DNA from: an uncultured bacterium
GTDB lineage: Bacteria; Babelota; Babeliae; Babelales; Vermiphilaceae
DNA: 64,000 bases
Assembly: GCA_963701085.1 (NCBI GenBank)
Contig: OY969561.1
Coordinates: forward strand, 544,001-608,000
Reading direction: 5' to 3'
The position numbers and the translations under genes were made by a program. Numbering within the stretch: position 1 is the stretch's first letter; each line of letters opens with the position of its first letter. Below, piece by piece: positions 50,551 through 61,777 of this stretch. Below the pieces are notes generated by a model that saw only the letters and a program-made list of their open reading frames with translations, was not told the origin of the DNA and ran no database searches.

Positions 50551-52203
50551 TTACATTTTTTCCGGATGACTGATGCCAAGAATATCCAAAACAAGCGCAA
50601 TCGTATTTCTCAATAATCCAATCATAAGCAAACGACCACGGCTTTTTTCTTTATTTGCCGGATCAATAACACGAACATGGCTATAATAACGGTGGAACAG
50701 CTGTGCAAGCTCCAGCACATAATATGTCAGTAAATGTGTTTGATGGTTCACGGAAATATCAATTAATAGCTGCTCAAGGAATACGATTTTTTTGAGTAAA
50801 AATGCTTCCTCTGGCCCCAAATGTTGCGCATCGTTGCCATTGATATCATCCAAATGAGCTTCTTTTGCTGCTTTTTCTAAAATACTGCCGGTCCGAACAT
50901 AGGCATATTGCACATAATAGACAGGATTTTCTTCAGTTTTTTTAAGCGCTAACCCAAGATCAAACTCAAGCTGGGCGTCTGCTTTACGGTTTAAATAAAA
51001 AAAACGGGCAACATCTTTGCCAACCGTATCAATAATATCTTGTAGCCCGACAATTGCACCCGCACGCTTTGACATGCGTACCATTGCCCCATCTTCTGAT
51101 ATTTTAACGAGCTGATACAAAATAACGGAAAGAGGAATATTTGTGTATCCTAACCCATCCTTTACCGCATTAAGACGGGTAACATAACTATGATGATCAT
51201 GCCCAAGAACAAAAATCAAATTATCAAAGCCACGATCTATTTTATTTTTTAAATACGCAATATCCGCGGCAATATAGGTATACTCACCCGTTGATTTTTG
51301 GATAACGCGATCTTTATCATCACCAAATTGCGTTGTCTTAAACCATACAGCACCATCTTGCTCAAACAGCAACCCATTCTTCTGCAAGATTTCCAATGCT
51401 TTTGTTATTGCGCCGCTTTCATGCAATGTTTTTTCTGAAAACCACACATCATATTCAATACCATAATCTTTGAGCGTATTTTTGAGCGCTTCAAGAAGGT
51501 TCTCTTTTGCATAGTTAACAAAAAAAGAATCAGGTTTTTCAAAAAGTTCTTGTCCACATTCAGCGTAGCAATCTTGTGCAAGATCTTTTAAATATTCCCC
51601 ATGATAGCCATCTTCAGGAATTGTTGCGTCCATTCCCGCCGCTTGCAAACAACGTATTTTAAATGATTCACCAAGTTTGCAAATTTGATTACCCGCATCA
51701 TTAATATAAAATTCTTTGCTCACATTGTGCCCCACAAAACGCAGCACATTCCCAAGCACATCACCAATAATACCGCCTCTGCCATGACCAAAATGCAATG
51801 GTCCCGTTGGATTGGCACTGACAAATTCAAGAGAATAATTATATTTTTTTTCTAACGTGTCTGGCTTAAAAAAGACCTCTTTTTGTTCATAGAGCTCTTG
51901 AGCGATTCGCACGAACGCCTCTTGCTTGAGGTACATATTAATAAAACCAGGACCAGCGATTTCTATTTTTTCTACTAAAGGATGGGTAAATGATGTGGCA
52001 ATTTCGGTCGCCACTTCACGTGGGATGCGTTTTAATGCTTTGGCAAGCACGAGCGCTACACTTGTTGATAAGTTACCAAACGCCTGCTTTGCCTCATCCA
52101 CATTGATATGTAGACGTGTTTGATCTGATGGTATATCAACTGACGAGAATAATGTTTTAATATGCGCGGTAAATGCTTTTTGAATACAATCGATACTATT
52201 CAT
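50551..52203 (-). CDS. argS: Arginine--tRNA ligase
   Basis: AGPGFIN, EFVSANPTGPLHFGHGR, YINDAG, MSKRAG, NPVYYVQYAY. Confidence 0.97.
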   Translation of the reverse strand: MNSIDCIQKAFTAHIKTLFSSVDIPSDQTRLHINVDEAKQAFGNLSTSVALVLAKALKRIPREVATEIATSFTHPLVEKIEIAGPGFINMYLKQEAFVRIAQELYEQKEVFFKPDTLEKKYNYSLEFVSANPTGPLHFGHGRGGIIGDVLGNVLRFVGHNVSKEFYINDAGNQICKLGESFKIRCLQAAGMDATIPEDGYHGEYLKDLAQDCYAECGQELFEKPDSFFVNYAKENLLEALKNTLKDYGIEYDVWFSEKTLHESGAITKALEILQKNGLLFEQDGAVWFKTTQFGDDKDRVIQKSTGEYTYIAADIAYLKNKIDRGFDNLIFVLGHDHHSYVTRLNAVKDGLGYTNIPLSVILYQLVKISEDGAMVRMSKRAGAIVGLQDIIDTVGKDVARFFYLNRKADAQLEFDLGLALKKTEENPVYYVQYAYVRTGSILEKAAKEAHLDDINGNDAQHLGPEEAFLLKKIVFLEQLLIDISVNHQTHLLTYYVLELAQLFHRYYSHVRVIDPANKEKSRGRLLMIGLLRNTIALVLDILGISHPEKM

Positions 52204-52371
52204 ACTGTTTTCCTATTAAGTCCTATTATTCCTATATTTTACCACAAATATGAATAGTTCGATAGTCATAACATAAAAAACGTGCTTTGGCCCATCTGAG
52301 CCAAAAACACCCCTTTTATATAATTATTCAAAAAAGAATCAGCTACTATTGATTGATAGCTAAACCTTCAT

Positions 52372-52903
52372 TTACCGTATAAAAATCTTCTTCAACTCTT
52401 TCATGATTCACATACCAAGTCTTTAAAGAAATACACTATTTTTTACACTATTATTTAAAGTCAGCAATTTTCGAATTCAATTGATCTGCAGACGGTACTT
52501 TCTAAAGCAACTGGTTCAGCTACTGCATTGTTACTTCTTGAGACTGACCAATGTATATCAGACCATCGACATTAGCTTATTTGATCTATTACTTCATCAT
52601 TATATTTTGATTAGGCAATGTTGCATCTTTAGCGATAGCTGCAAAAAATATCCCTGCCAATACCACTGGTGATGAAATTTTACCTTTATGCACTGCAAAT
52701 GCGTATAGTGCAACTGCGGTTGTCATTGCTACAGCAGCTATCTGTACTGAACATTTTTTATACCATACAGCTGGCACCATCTCAGTTTGTTGCTCAAAAA
52801 CATCAAAATCTACACCTTCATTTTCCATACTATATGCAGGTATAGTCACTACTACCGCTGCAAAAAATAATAACGAATTCATCTGTCTGTAAAAGCTATT
52901 CAT
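52372..52903 (-). pseudogene. Exported hypothetical protein, frameshifted after about 100 aa
   Basis: Signal peptide PAYS|MEN and a TM segment; coding-like sequence continues in other frames to about 52372. Confidence 0.45.
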
Positions 52904-52990
52904 AAGAAATCCTCACATTGTTAATTATTTATTATTATGACACACGCATAAACTACATATGGAGTATAGCTTTTTTTCAAAAAAATGTGT

Positions 52991-54375
52991 CTATTTTTTC
53001 ATTATTTTTATGACATATTCTTTTAAGATATTTTTATCAGTAACACCTTGATCGATCTGCATTTCATAAGCCGCGCGTAATAACTCCCCCATCTGAGGCC
53101 CTGGCTGCACAATATCAAGCAAATCAGCACCTTTTAGTATCGGCTCAACAGCGCCGGTAGAAACACCCGCTTGTTCAACTTTTTTTCTAAAAATTTCCAC
53201 ATCAGGAAAATCACATGTTAATGGCTCATGCCCAACACCATTTCTGCCACGTTTATCAGCAATACACAAATCAATCAGCATCAGCATGCTTACATTGTGC
53301 GCAAGCTTATTTGCTAACCGCTTATACGCAGGTAACTTTGCTTTATTACTGGTAAATTGCAGCGGCGTCATATGATAAAGCACTAATGATGATACCGCAC
53401 CAATTAAATCAGCATTATGCGTAATGCGTTTCATCATCGTACGCGTAAATTTTTTACTATCTTTTTCATGCCCAATACTTTTAATAACACCATCAACAAC
53501 GGTAGTCTTTGTTACTTTGCCCAAATCATGACAGAGTGCGGCATACAATAAAACAAGCTTATCAAACTCATTTTCATAGTTATGTGCAATCACTGCAGCT
53601 GCATCAATTGCCTGCATAGTATGCTCAAACACGTCCCCTTCTGGATGATAGTGCGGATTTTGTTTTACGCCCACCGTTGCTGCAAGCTCTGGCAATACAT
53701 CATGCAAACGTCCAATGTTGTGTAACCAACGGATGCCATGCGATGGTCGCGCAGAATACAAAAAAAGCTTTTTAAATTCTTCTTCAATACGTTCACGTGA
53801 AATATGCGCAATATCCATCTCTGCACATAATGCGTTCAATTCATCATCAGGCAACATCTCAAACCGTCCGATAAATTGCATGACACGATAAAACCGTAAT
53901 GGATCTTGAATAAAAAAACGTGCATCGGGAGTACGCAATATTTTATTATTGATATCCCTTATTCCATTGCACGGATCAATGAGTTCATCAGTCATCAAAT
54001 CCAGTGCTATTGCATTCATTGTCAAATCTCTGCGCCGTGCCGCAACCTCAACAGGCATAAATGGGTCTATAACAACGGTTGGTTTACGCCCAGGACTATC
54101 TGCACGTGGCAATGACCAATCAACATCAAGACCATGCAGACGTAGCACACCAAATGCTTTACCAACAACACTCACTGGCCCAAATTGTTTGAGCAATTGT
54201 TCCAATTGCTGTTCAGATAACCCATATACTTCAACATCGATATCCTTTCACTTGCGGATAGCCCCATCACCATATCACGCACCGCACCACCAACTAACAA
54301 TGCACGCCCTTTGTTGCTATTAATTACTGCAACAATCGCGTGCACTTTATCATATTGAATACCCATCAATTTCAT
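52991..54375 (-). CDS. cca: CCA-adding / poly(A) polymerase-family nucleotidyltransferase with HD domain, frameshifted near 54250
   Basis: LVGGAVRD, then DIDVEVYG in another frame, RRDLTMNA, DPLR, ERIEEE, HPEGDVFEH, LCHDLGK. Confidence 0.85.
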
Positions 54376-54480
54376 CTCTTATTCCTTAATAACAATGCTC
54401 TTGTTCTTTGAATTAGCGCAACAATTTTTGTATGCTACAAACACATCAAAATACAAATCAATTTTATAAAAGGATAACTA

Positions 54481-55419
54481 ATGAATAAAGCTGTGTATAT
54501 GATACTTTTATTTACCATCACCTCATCACTCATCACAATTGACTGCTCTGCCAAATTACGCCTCAAAAAAATAAAATCTTTTTTTAGCGGATATAAACTT
54601 GAAAAAATTGATCAACGAGAACTTCCCGCATTATCAATTGATACGGTTGCCATTAATAACATTAACGGCCCCATCACCATCAAAACAGGATGGAAAAAAA
54701 ATTCAATATTCCTTAAAACAACAAAGCGTGCAAAAAAACCAGAAGATTTAAACAATATTAAAGTTGTTGTTGATTCAAGTAGAGCAAACCAAATGACCAT
54801 CACCACAAAACATATCAATCCTAAACTTGTTGGATTAGTTGAATATGAACTCATTGTCCCTGCATCGCTTGACATTGCCCTCAACATATTAGGAAACGGT
54901 GATGCACATATAAACGATGTTCATGGCGCCATCAACGTTGTTACAAACGATAACATTGCCATAACAAACACAAAAAAATTAGTATCAGCACGCACGCTCA
55001 AAAAAGGATCAATTACTATTGCAAATGCAGCTGGTTCCGTTGATGCTCAATCACATCAGGGGAATATAATCGGAGAAAATATCACCAATAGCTTTGCTGC
55101 ACACTCAATATCAGGAAAAGTAACGGTTGCATATAAAACAGTACCCTCCACAAGCTCAATCAAACTGCAAACCACGTCAGGTAACATCATGCTGGCTTTG
55201 CCTACTGATACCAATGCAGAAATTCAAGGTCACACCACACATGGCACCATTGTTTCTGACCACTATATCACCTTAAAGCCATATGCAACACAGCTCAACA
55301 GTTCAGCATGGAATAAATTTAGAAAAGAGGTTGATGGCACCCTTGGCACCGGTGAAGCGACAATTGCTCTACATAGCACCAAAGGCAATGTACGAATTAC
55401 AGAAATCAAAACGACGTAA
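54481..55419 (+). CDS. DUF4097 family beta-repeat exported protein
   Basis: Signal peptide; repeated xxSGxI strands (TTSGNI, TTHGTI, STKGNV). Confidence 0.75.
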   Translation: MNKAVYMILLFTITSSLITIDCSAKLRLKKIKSFFSGYKLEKIDQRELPALSIDTVAINNINGPITIKTGWKKNSIFLKTTKRAKKPEDLNNIKVVVDSSRANQMTITTKHINPKLVGLVEYELIVPASLDIALNILGNGDAHINDVHGAINVVTNDNIAITNTKKLVSARTLKKGSITIANAAGSVDAQSHQGNIIGENITNSFAAHSISGKVTVAYKTVPSTSSIKLQTTSGNIMLALPTDTNAEIQGHTTHGTIVSDHYITLKPYATQLNSSAWNKFRKEVDGTLGTGEATIALHSTKGNVRITEIKTT

Positions 55420-55496
55420 CTCCACTTTTAATGAAAATGAAGAGAGAGAACAATCTGTCCTCTCTCTTTATCTATTTCTCATGAAATATTTAATAC

Positions 55497-56456
55497 TTAT
55501 GCTAAGCGCTCTACTGCTATAGCAGCATTCGCATTCAATTGCGTTCCTCCTGCAAGAGTTTGCAATGTAACTGCAGAAGCTGAACTATGATTACGGAGAG
55601 TTATAACATCACCTGCACCTAAAGTTAATGTACCAAAGCCCGTATTTTGTTGAGTACCTGCACCTGAACCGTATATGGTACCAGGAGCACTTGGAGCACC
55701 ATTGATAAAGATTGAAAATTGATTCGGCTCTACACCAGACACAGAATAAGTAATTCTATAAATACCTGCATTTACGACAATAAGCTGTGAAGTTCCTGGC
55801 GTATGCGTAAATCCAGCGAGAATCCCATTGGTATCAAAAAGAACGTCTGCTTCTATAGCAACTGTTGCTTCACCAGTGAGGTTATAAATATATGCAAAAT
55901 CTGATATACCACCCGCTGCTCCTGTTGCGCCTGTAGCTCCTGCTGCTCCCGTTGCTCCCGCAGCACCAGTCGAGCCACTTGCTCCCGCGGCACCAGTCGA
56001 ACCAGTTGCTCCTGTTGCTCCAGGACAACAAGGACCTGTTGCACCAGTTGATCCTATACTACCTGTAGCACCCGCTGAACCAGTTGCCCCAGTAGCTCCT
56101 GTTGGCGCTCCACTTGGACCAGTTGCACCAGTTGCTCCCGTTGATCCGGTTGATCCAGTTGATCCGGTATCACCTTTTCTTCCTCTTTTACCTCTATCTC
56201 CCTTTTTACCTTTCTCACATTTGTGATTGCAACCAACTGGTTTAAAACAAGAATCCACCGTGTCTTTACAGCTATTTTGACAATTTTTTGTTGCATCATT
56301 ATTAACAATAGCTTGCGCCAAATCCATTTTAAAACGATCTATGCGTGCTATCTCTTTTCCACAATTTTCAGAATCTCGTGAATAAGAATAATTGTGTGTT
56401 ACCAACAAACATAACCCTAACAATGCTGCTGATAATTTTCCAATTTTTGACTGCAT
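55497..56456 (-). CDS. Collagen-like surface protein with BclA-type C-terminal domain
   Basis: Signal peptide, G-X-T triplets (GATGAT), [18 protein letters not shown]. Confidence 0.8.
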   Translation of the reverse strand: MQSKIGKLSAALLGLCLLVTHNYSYSRDSENCGKEIARIDRFKMDLAQAIVNNDATKNCQNSCKDTVDSCFKPVGCNHKCEKGKKGDRGKRGRKGDTGSTGSTGSTGATGATGPSGAPTGATGATGSAGATGSIGSTGATGPCCPGATGATGSTGAAGASGSTGAAGATGAAGATGATGAAGGISDFAYIYNLTGEATVAIEADVLFDTNGILAGFTHTPGTSQLIVVNAGIYRITYSVSGVEPNQFSIFINGAPSAPGTIYGSGAGTQQNTGFGTLTLGAGDVITLRNHSSASAVTLQTLAGGTQLNANAAIAVERLA

Positions 56457-56630
56457 CTGACTCTCCTTTTGGTTAAAAAAAAACTATTACTATAATCTAC
56501 ATATAAACATATTTTTTTTACAAGAATCAAAACAACGTAATTTTACGCAAAAAAAATACTCTTTCTTTATAACGGGCATTGAGCCACTATACAGAAAGAG
56601 TATTAGTATCTAAAACTATAGAAATATTAG

Positions 56631-57071
56631 TTATTTTTGATATGTCATCACAATAAGCTCAGCAAGCTCAGTTTTGGTTAATGGACCACCATCATAGCGG
56701 CCAATTTCTTTACCATCACGTAAAAATATGAGCGTTGGAATACTTGTTATATTGTATTTTTTAGTTAAAAGTTCAAATAGTTCCCACTCAACTTTAACAA
56801 AGGTACATTGTGGCATTTCTGCCGCCAAATCATCAATAAGCAACCCCATCACGCGACAAGGACCGCAATAATAGGCATAAAACTTAAGAACAACATTACC
56901 CTTACCAATGATTGGATTCAAAAATGGCTCCCAAGCCTTTGTTGTTTTTTGTGTAATCTGCTCATGCAAATAGATAGGTTTGTTAACTGTAGTGGTATTA
57001 TGAGCGAACATGAGCAAAGTAAGAATAGACCCCATACCAAGCACTAATAACAGTATATTTTTTGCATTCAT
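56631..57071 (-). CDS. Membrane-anchored thioredoxin
   Basis: N-terminal TM, FYAYYCGPC, SIPTLIF. Confidence 0.85.
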   Translation of the reverse strand: MNAKNILLLVLGMGSILTLLMFAHNTTTVNKPIYLHEQITQKTTKAWEPFLNPIIGKGNVVLKFYAYYCGPCRVMGLLIDDLAAEMPQCTFVKVEWELFELLTKKYNITSIPTLIFLRDGKEIGRYDGGPLTKTELAELIVMTYQK

Positions 57072-57213
57072 AATTATCCTTAATTTGTATAATTTATATC
57101 TTAATTACAATTGTATATATATTTTTAATTTTGGCAATAGCCAAGTTGAATATTTTGTGGTACTATAAAGATAGAAAACAAGCGTATTATACTTTATAAT
57201 CAAAGGACCAATT

Positions 57214-57720
57214 ATGAACAAAACAGCATTATTAGCATCTATTCTCAGCTTAACAACATGTTTTTCATCATTTTCTGTACCTAAAAAGGGAACTAACGCC
57301 CCTGATGTAGAATTTACTGATCAGAAGGGTGAAACCACCAAAATTTCGGACTTTTTAGGACAAAGGCTAGCATTAGTATTCTTGCCAAGCACTTCAGGCT
57401 GGAGTGTTAACTGTAAAGCGCAAGCATGCAGCCTTAAAGTAGGCCTTGATGAACTGGTAGATTATGACATCAATCTTATTTGTACAAGCGCTGATTCTAC
57501 CGAGAAATTAGTTGAATTTATCAAAAAAAATGACCTTACCTTCCCCTTGTTTCATGCTAACAAAAAAGCCATAAAAGCATATGACGTAGACGGTTGGCTT
57601 GGTCTCCAACGTTACACATTCTTAATTGACGAAAATGGCATTATTGTAAAAGTCATTACAAAAGTCGATTTAGATAATCATGCACAACAAATTATTGATG
57701 GTTTTAATGCCGCTCAATAA
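57214..57720 (+). CDS. Exported Bcp/PrxQ-like peroxiredoxin (atypical active-site spacing)
   Basis: Signal peptide; APD..DQKG; PSTSGWSVNCKAQAC; RYTFLIDENG. Confidence 0.8.
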   Translation: MNKTALLASILSLTTCFSSFSVPKKGTNAPDVEFTDQKGETTKISDFLGQRLALVFLPSTSGWSVNCKAQACSLKVGLDELVDYDINLICTSADSTEKLVEFIKKNDLTFPLFHANKKAIKAYDVDGWLGLQRYTFLIDENGIIVKVITKVDLDNHAQQIIDGFNAAQ

Positions 57721-57742
57721 ATAAACTTATACAACACAATAT

Positions 57743-57778
57743 AAAAGGCCTTGGTGTGAAAACATCAAGCCTTTTTTT
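57743..57778 (+). terminator. Terminator
   Basis: aaaaggccttggtg-tgaaaa-catcaagcc followed by T7. Confidence 0.6.
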
Positions 57779-57882
57779 GTTGATCATACTAAAAAAATTT
57801 ATACATTATTAATGTCATAGTACGATTTTTGTAATAAACTGAAATTGTGTCATTAATTCAAACAACAAAAAAAGAGATCTTT

Positions 57883-58191
57883 ATGAATCAGTCATCAGAA
57901 TCAGTAGACAAAAAAACAAAAGAAAAAATAATCGCTATCATTTCTGCATTACTACCACAAGCAAAAATATATTTGTTTGGTTCTCGCGCACGCAAAACAA
58001 ACTCACAATCTTCTGATATTGATATAGCTATTGATGCGGGCAAAGAATTACGCAGAGCAGACGTTGACGAACTTGTGAGTGTTTTTTCTGCAACAAACAT
58101 AATGGAACGTATTGATGTTGTTGACATGCATCAAGTGCCTCAGGAAATGCGTAATTCAATCACAGAGGAAGGAATTTTATGGAAATCATAG
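57883..58191 (+). CDS. MNT minimal nucleotidyltransferase (antitoxin)
   Basis: LFGS-x10-DID motif; overlaps the downstream HEPN gene. Confidence 0.88.
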   Translation: MNQSSESVDKKTKEKIIAIISALLPQAKIYLFGSRARKTNSQSSDIDIAIDAGKELRRADVDELVSVFSATNIMERIDVVDMHQVPQEMRNSITEEGILWKS

Positions 58192-58595
58192 AAAAAAAAT
58201 ACACGTCACTCAAAAAAGCTCTTGAAACACTTCGAAAGTCATTAATTATCCTTAAAGATCCTAAAAACCAAGACCTCTATGATAGCCTACGTGACTCTAC
58301 AATACAACGCTTTGAATACTCTATCGATAGCTTTTGGAAGTTTTTAAAATTTTATATTCAAGAAAAGGAAAATGTCGATTTTGAATCATCATCGCCTCGC
58401 ATCATTTTACGCCGAGCCGAAGAAATAGGTCTCATCAACAAAGAATTACATGAAATACTTATTGACTGTTTAGCTGATAGAAATTTAACATCGCATGTTT
58501 ATAATGAAGAAACTGCTGATTCAATAGTAAAAAACATTCCGAATTATTACGAAACAATGAAATCCATAATAGATACAATAAACCTAAACAAATAG
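58179..58595 (+). CDS. HEPN protein (HI0074-like toxin)
   Basis: IQRFEY, SPR, RNLTSHVY (Rx4HxY). Confidence 0.88.
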   Translation: MEIIEKKYTSLKKALETLRKSLIILKDPKNQDLYDSLRDSTIQRFEYSIDSFWKFLKFYIQEKENVDFESSSPRIILRRAEEIGLINKELHEILIDCLADRNLTSHVYNEETADSIVKNIPNYYETMKSIIDTINLNK

Positions 58596-58604
58596 GAAAA
58601 TACC

Positions 58605-59130
58605 ATGAAAGCGTTATTATTACTCCTCGCCCTCCTTGGTTTTACTGCCCTACAATGCGGATGCGCCAAAGAACTACATATTGGTCGACAAAGCTCCGGA
58701 ATTTGGACTACTCAACCAAAATGGTGAAATGGTACACCTTGCCGATTTTAAAGGAAAAAAAGTAGCCCTCTATTTTTATCCAAAAGATAGCACCCCTGGC
58801 TGCACCCAACAAGCATGTAGCTTACGTGATAGTTTTGATGCGTTGCGTGAAGCTGGCATTACCATCCTTGGCATGAGCGGAGGATCAGTCAAAAGCAAAC
58901 AAAATTTCATCAAAGAACAACATCTTAACTTTCCTTTATTAATTGCTACAAACGAAACATTCAAAGATTATGGCGTAAATAAGTGGATGGCTATGGTATG
59001 GCTATTCCGCCTTCCTAAACGATGGACATTTTTGATTGATGAAAATGGCATTATTGTAGGAATTATTAAAGACGTTGATGCAAAAAATCATGCGATGCAG
59101 ATACTTAATGCGTTTGATGCGATTAAATAG
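58605..59130 (+). CDS. bcp: Exported Bcp peroxiredoxin, frameshifted near 58686
   Basis: MKALLLLLALLG...LHIG in one frame; DKAPEF, YFYPKDSTPGCTQQAC in the next frame. Confidence 0.8.
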
Positions 59131-60062
59131 AATTTTATTAGTACTAACATTCTTCACCATAAGCCTTGGTCAATCAAACCCAAGGCTTATAACATGTACT
59201 ACGATAGACACTGACCATTACACAAAAGAAATAACAGTCACCTTTACCGTTCCAAAAAAAGATTTTATTTATAAAGATTTTATAACTTTCTCAGTGGACG
59301 ACCCAACAATTATATTATCCTCATGGAAGGCCAACAAACAATCTGTTGCCCATTATGATTCATCATTCAAAGAAGCAAAGCAGGTTTTTAATGAAGATTT
59401 TAGCATTACCATGATGGGACGGCAGCAACTCCCAAGCAACCAATCAACCCGCATATCTTTATTGCAGTTATTATCGCCGGTCAGAAAAGAAAATAAATCA
59501 TGCACTTTTTTTATTAGATTTTACAGCACAAAAAAAAACTACCCATAAAACAGATGATACTACCATTGAATATCCTGAAATCAATGAACCAACAATCAGC
59601 AGACCTCGAAAAATTTCACATTTTGAACGCTCTATTTTTTCAGCCCTCTACCTTGCACATCGCATTGGTGCATCACTGCACACTGATCACAGAAAATATT
59701 TTGCGCTGCTTATTTTTCTCATACTTGTGCTCGTCTCATTTTTTTATTTTTTCAGGCAAGAGTTACAAAAACAGATCAAAATAAAAGAGTTACTAGAAAT
59801 CATCATTTCACTCTTAATGGTAATAAGCATGGTATACCTATTAGTATATTTGCATGCGATAAGCACACCACTCACAACCATGATCATGGCCTGCATTTGT
59901 TCATTGTGCACAGGATTTTTTTATATAAAAAAAAGTACACAACTTCAATCAAGAAGACTGCGTACCTTTTGTACTTTTATTGGCATACTCTGTATATGTG
60001 GAGTACTATTTTTATCATTTAAAGCGCTACAATATGCAGATGAACAGTTCAAATTATTGTAA
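59108..60062 (+). CDS. Membrane protein with DsbD-N-like periplasmic domain, multiple frameshifts
   Basis: Signal peptide, VTFTVPKKDFIYKD; C-terminal TM helices spread over three ORFs. Confidence 0.5.
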
Positions 60063-60063
60063 C

Positions 60064-60414
60064 TTACCGATATTTTTTAACTTCATCATGACGGCCGCGC
60101 ATTTTTTCTTCATCATGATTTTTTCGTTTTCTCTCATGTAACTGACGATACATTACGTCAATAACACGATCAAGCGTATCATAAAAACTCATGCCTTCAT
60201 GCTCATATGATGAATTCAAATTATATTCAGCGCTTTTCACGTGCAGCTCAACACGATGATGTTGATGAACTTTACTTGGCTCAAAATATAAATCAATATG
60301 CACAGGACCACGATCGTTTTCGAGAAATTCAACTATTTTTTCAAGCTGCCCATTCGCATATTCTTCCATCACGTCAGAATGATCCATATTGCGAAAAACA
60401 ATACGTTTGTTCAT
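60064..60414 (-). CDS. hpf: Ribosome hibernation factor HPF/RaiA
   Basis: IVFRNMDHS..EEY, FYDTLD..IDVMYRQL. Confidence 0.85.
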   Translation of the reverse strand: MNKRIVFRNMDHSDVMEEYANGQLEKIVEFLENDRGPVHIDLYFEPSKVHQHHRVELHVKSAEYNLNSSYEHEGMSFYDTLDRVIDVMYRQLHERKRKNHDEEKMRGRHDEVKKYR

Positions 60415-60457
60415 TACCAAACTCCTTATTTTAAAAAAATATACAACAAAAATATTA

Positions 60458-61777
60458 TTATCGTGATCTTACAATAAATTTAATTGGCACACCACGTAAA
60501 TCATATTCTTGTCGTAAAGTCTTTTCATAATAGGCAAGTTGCGATTGACCAAACCACATTGGCACATTCACGTGCAATACAATAGTGATCGGTGCAGTGC
60601 CAACCTGATGAGCAGAATGGAACATGAGTAAATTTTTATTATGATAGAGAGGTCGCCTCACGGAAGCTTCTTTGAATAACTGCGTTAATTCATTTTGATT
60701 AAATTTACGCGAATAACGGTCCCATAACTCTTTCACCGCAGGCAAAATTCTTCCAACATTTTTTTCTGTTTTGCAGGAAATATTAAGCGTTACTATTTTT
60801 TTAAGAAGGAAGTCATACTCTGAAAGTGCTTGATCAAAACGAACTTTAGTCGCTTCATCAATAAGGTCAGATTTATTAAATAAAATCATCAACGCTTTGT
60901 ACTGGTTATCAAATGCATAGAATGCAAGCTTTAGCTCTTGATCAACCACACACTCGGCACTTGCATCAATTAACAACAACACAATATCTGAATCTTTTAA
61001 TGCTTGCATTGTACTCTGTACCATCATACCTTCAAGCGGCTCGGTGACGGAACGCATCCTGCGCACACCAGGTGTATCAGAAAGCTGTATATCTTCTTGA
61101 TAAAATTTAACACGCTCAGAAAGCGCTTCTCGCGTTGTTCCTGGTTCAGGAGATACAATTGATCGCTCATGTTGTAACAACAGATTCATGAGTGAAGACT
61201 TACCAACATTAGGCTTACCTAATAACATAACTTTATATGCAGGCTCTTCAACTTCGATAAGCATCGGCTCTGGCAAATGTTCAACAATCAATTCCAACAA
61301 ATCGACAATATTTTTACCGTGTGCGGCAGAAATAAAACAAGTTTTAGGGAAACCAAGTCCCTCAAAACCGTACATATTTTCTGCTGAATCTTTACTATCC
61401 ACTTTATTAACAACTAAAAAAACTGTCTTGCCATGCTTATGAAGCAACTGTGCAATTTCACGATCTTCGGTAATTAATCCACATTTACCATCAACAACAA
61501 ATAAGAGAATATCTGCTGATTCTATCATCGATACTGCAATTGCTCGTGCTTGACTTAATATAGGATCTTGAGTTTTTCTCAAACTAATGCCACCGGTGTC
61601 AACAAGCTCAAAACTTCTACCTTGCCACGCAATAGTATCACGTAAAAAATCACGTGTTACGCCTTCAAGATCAAGCGTTATCGCCTTTACATTTTCGGAC
61701 AAACGATTAAATAAGGTAGATTTGCCAACATTGGTACGACCAACAATAACAACCTGAGGAAGTTTTGTTTTTTTCAT
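60458..61777 (-). CDS. der: Ribosome biogenesis GTPase Der
   Basis: Two G domains (GRTNVGKS, GKPNVGKS), DTGG, NKVD, KH-like tail. Confidence 0.96.
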   Translation of the reverse strand: MKKTKLPQVVIVGRTNVGKSTLFNRLSENVKAITLDLEGVTRDFLRDTIAWQGRSFELVDTGGISLRKTQDPILSQARAIAVSMIESADILLFVVDGKCGLITEDREIAQLLHKHGKTVFLVVNKVDSKDSAENMYGFEGLGFPKTCFISAAHGKNIVDLLELIVEHLPEPMLIEVEEPAYKVMLLGKPNVGKSSLMNLLLQHERSIVSPEPGTTREALSERVKFYQEDIQLSDTPGVRRMRSVTEPLEGMMVQSTMQALKDSDIVLLLIDASAECVVDQELKLAFYAFDNQYKALMILFNKSDLIDEATKVRFDQALSEYDFLLKKIVTLNISCKTEKNVGRILPAVKELWDRYSRKFNQNELTQLFKEASVRRPLYHNKNLLMFHSAHQVGTAPITIVLHVNVPMWFGQSQLAYYEKTLRQEYDLRGVPIKFIVRSR

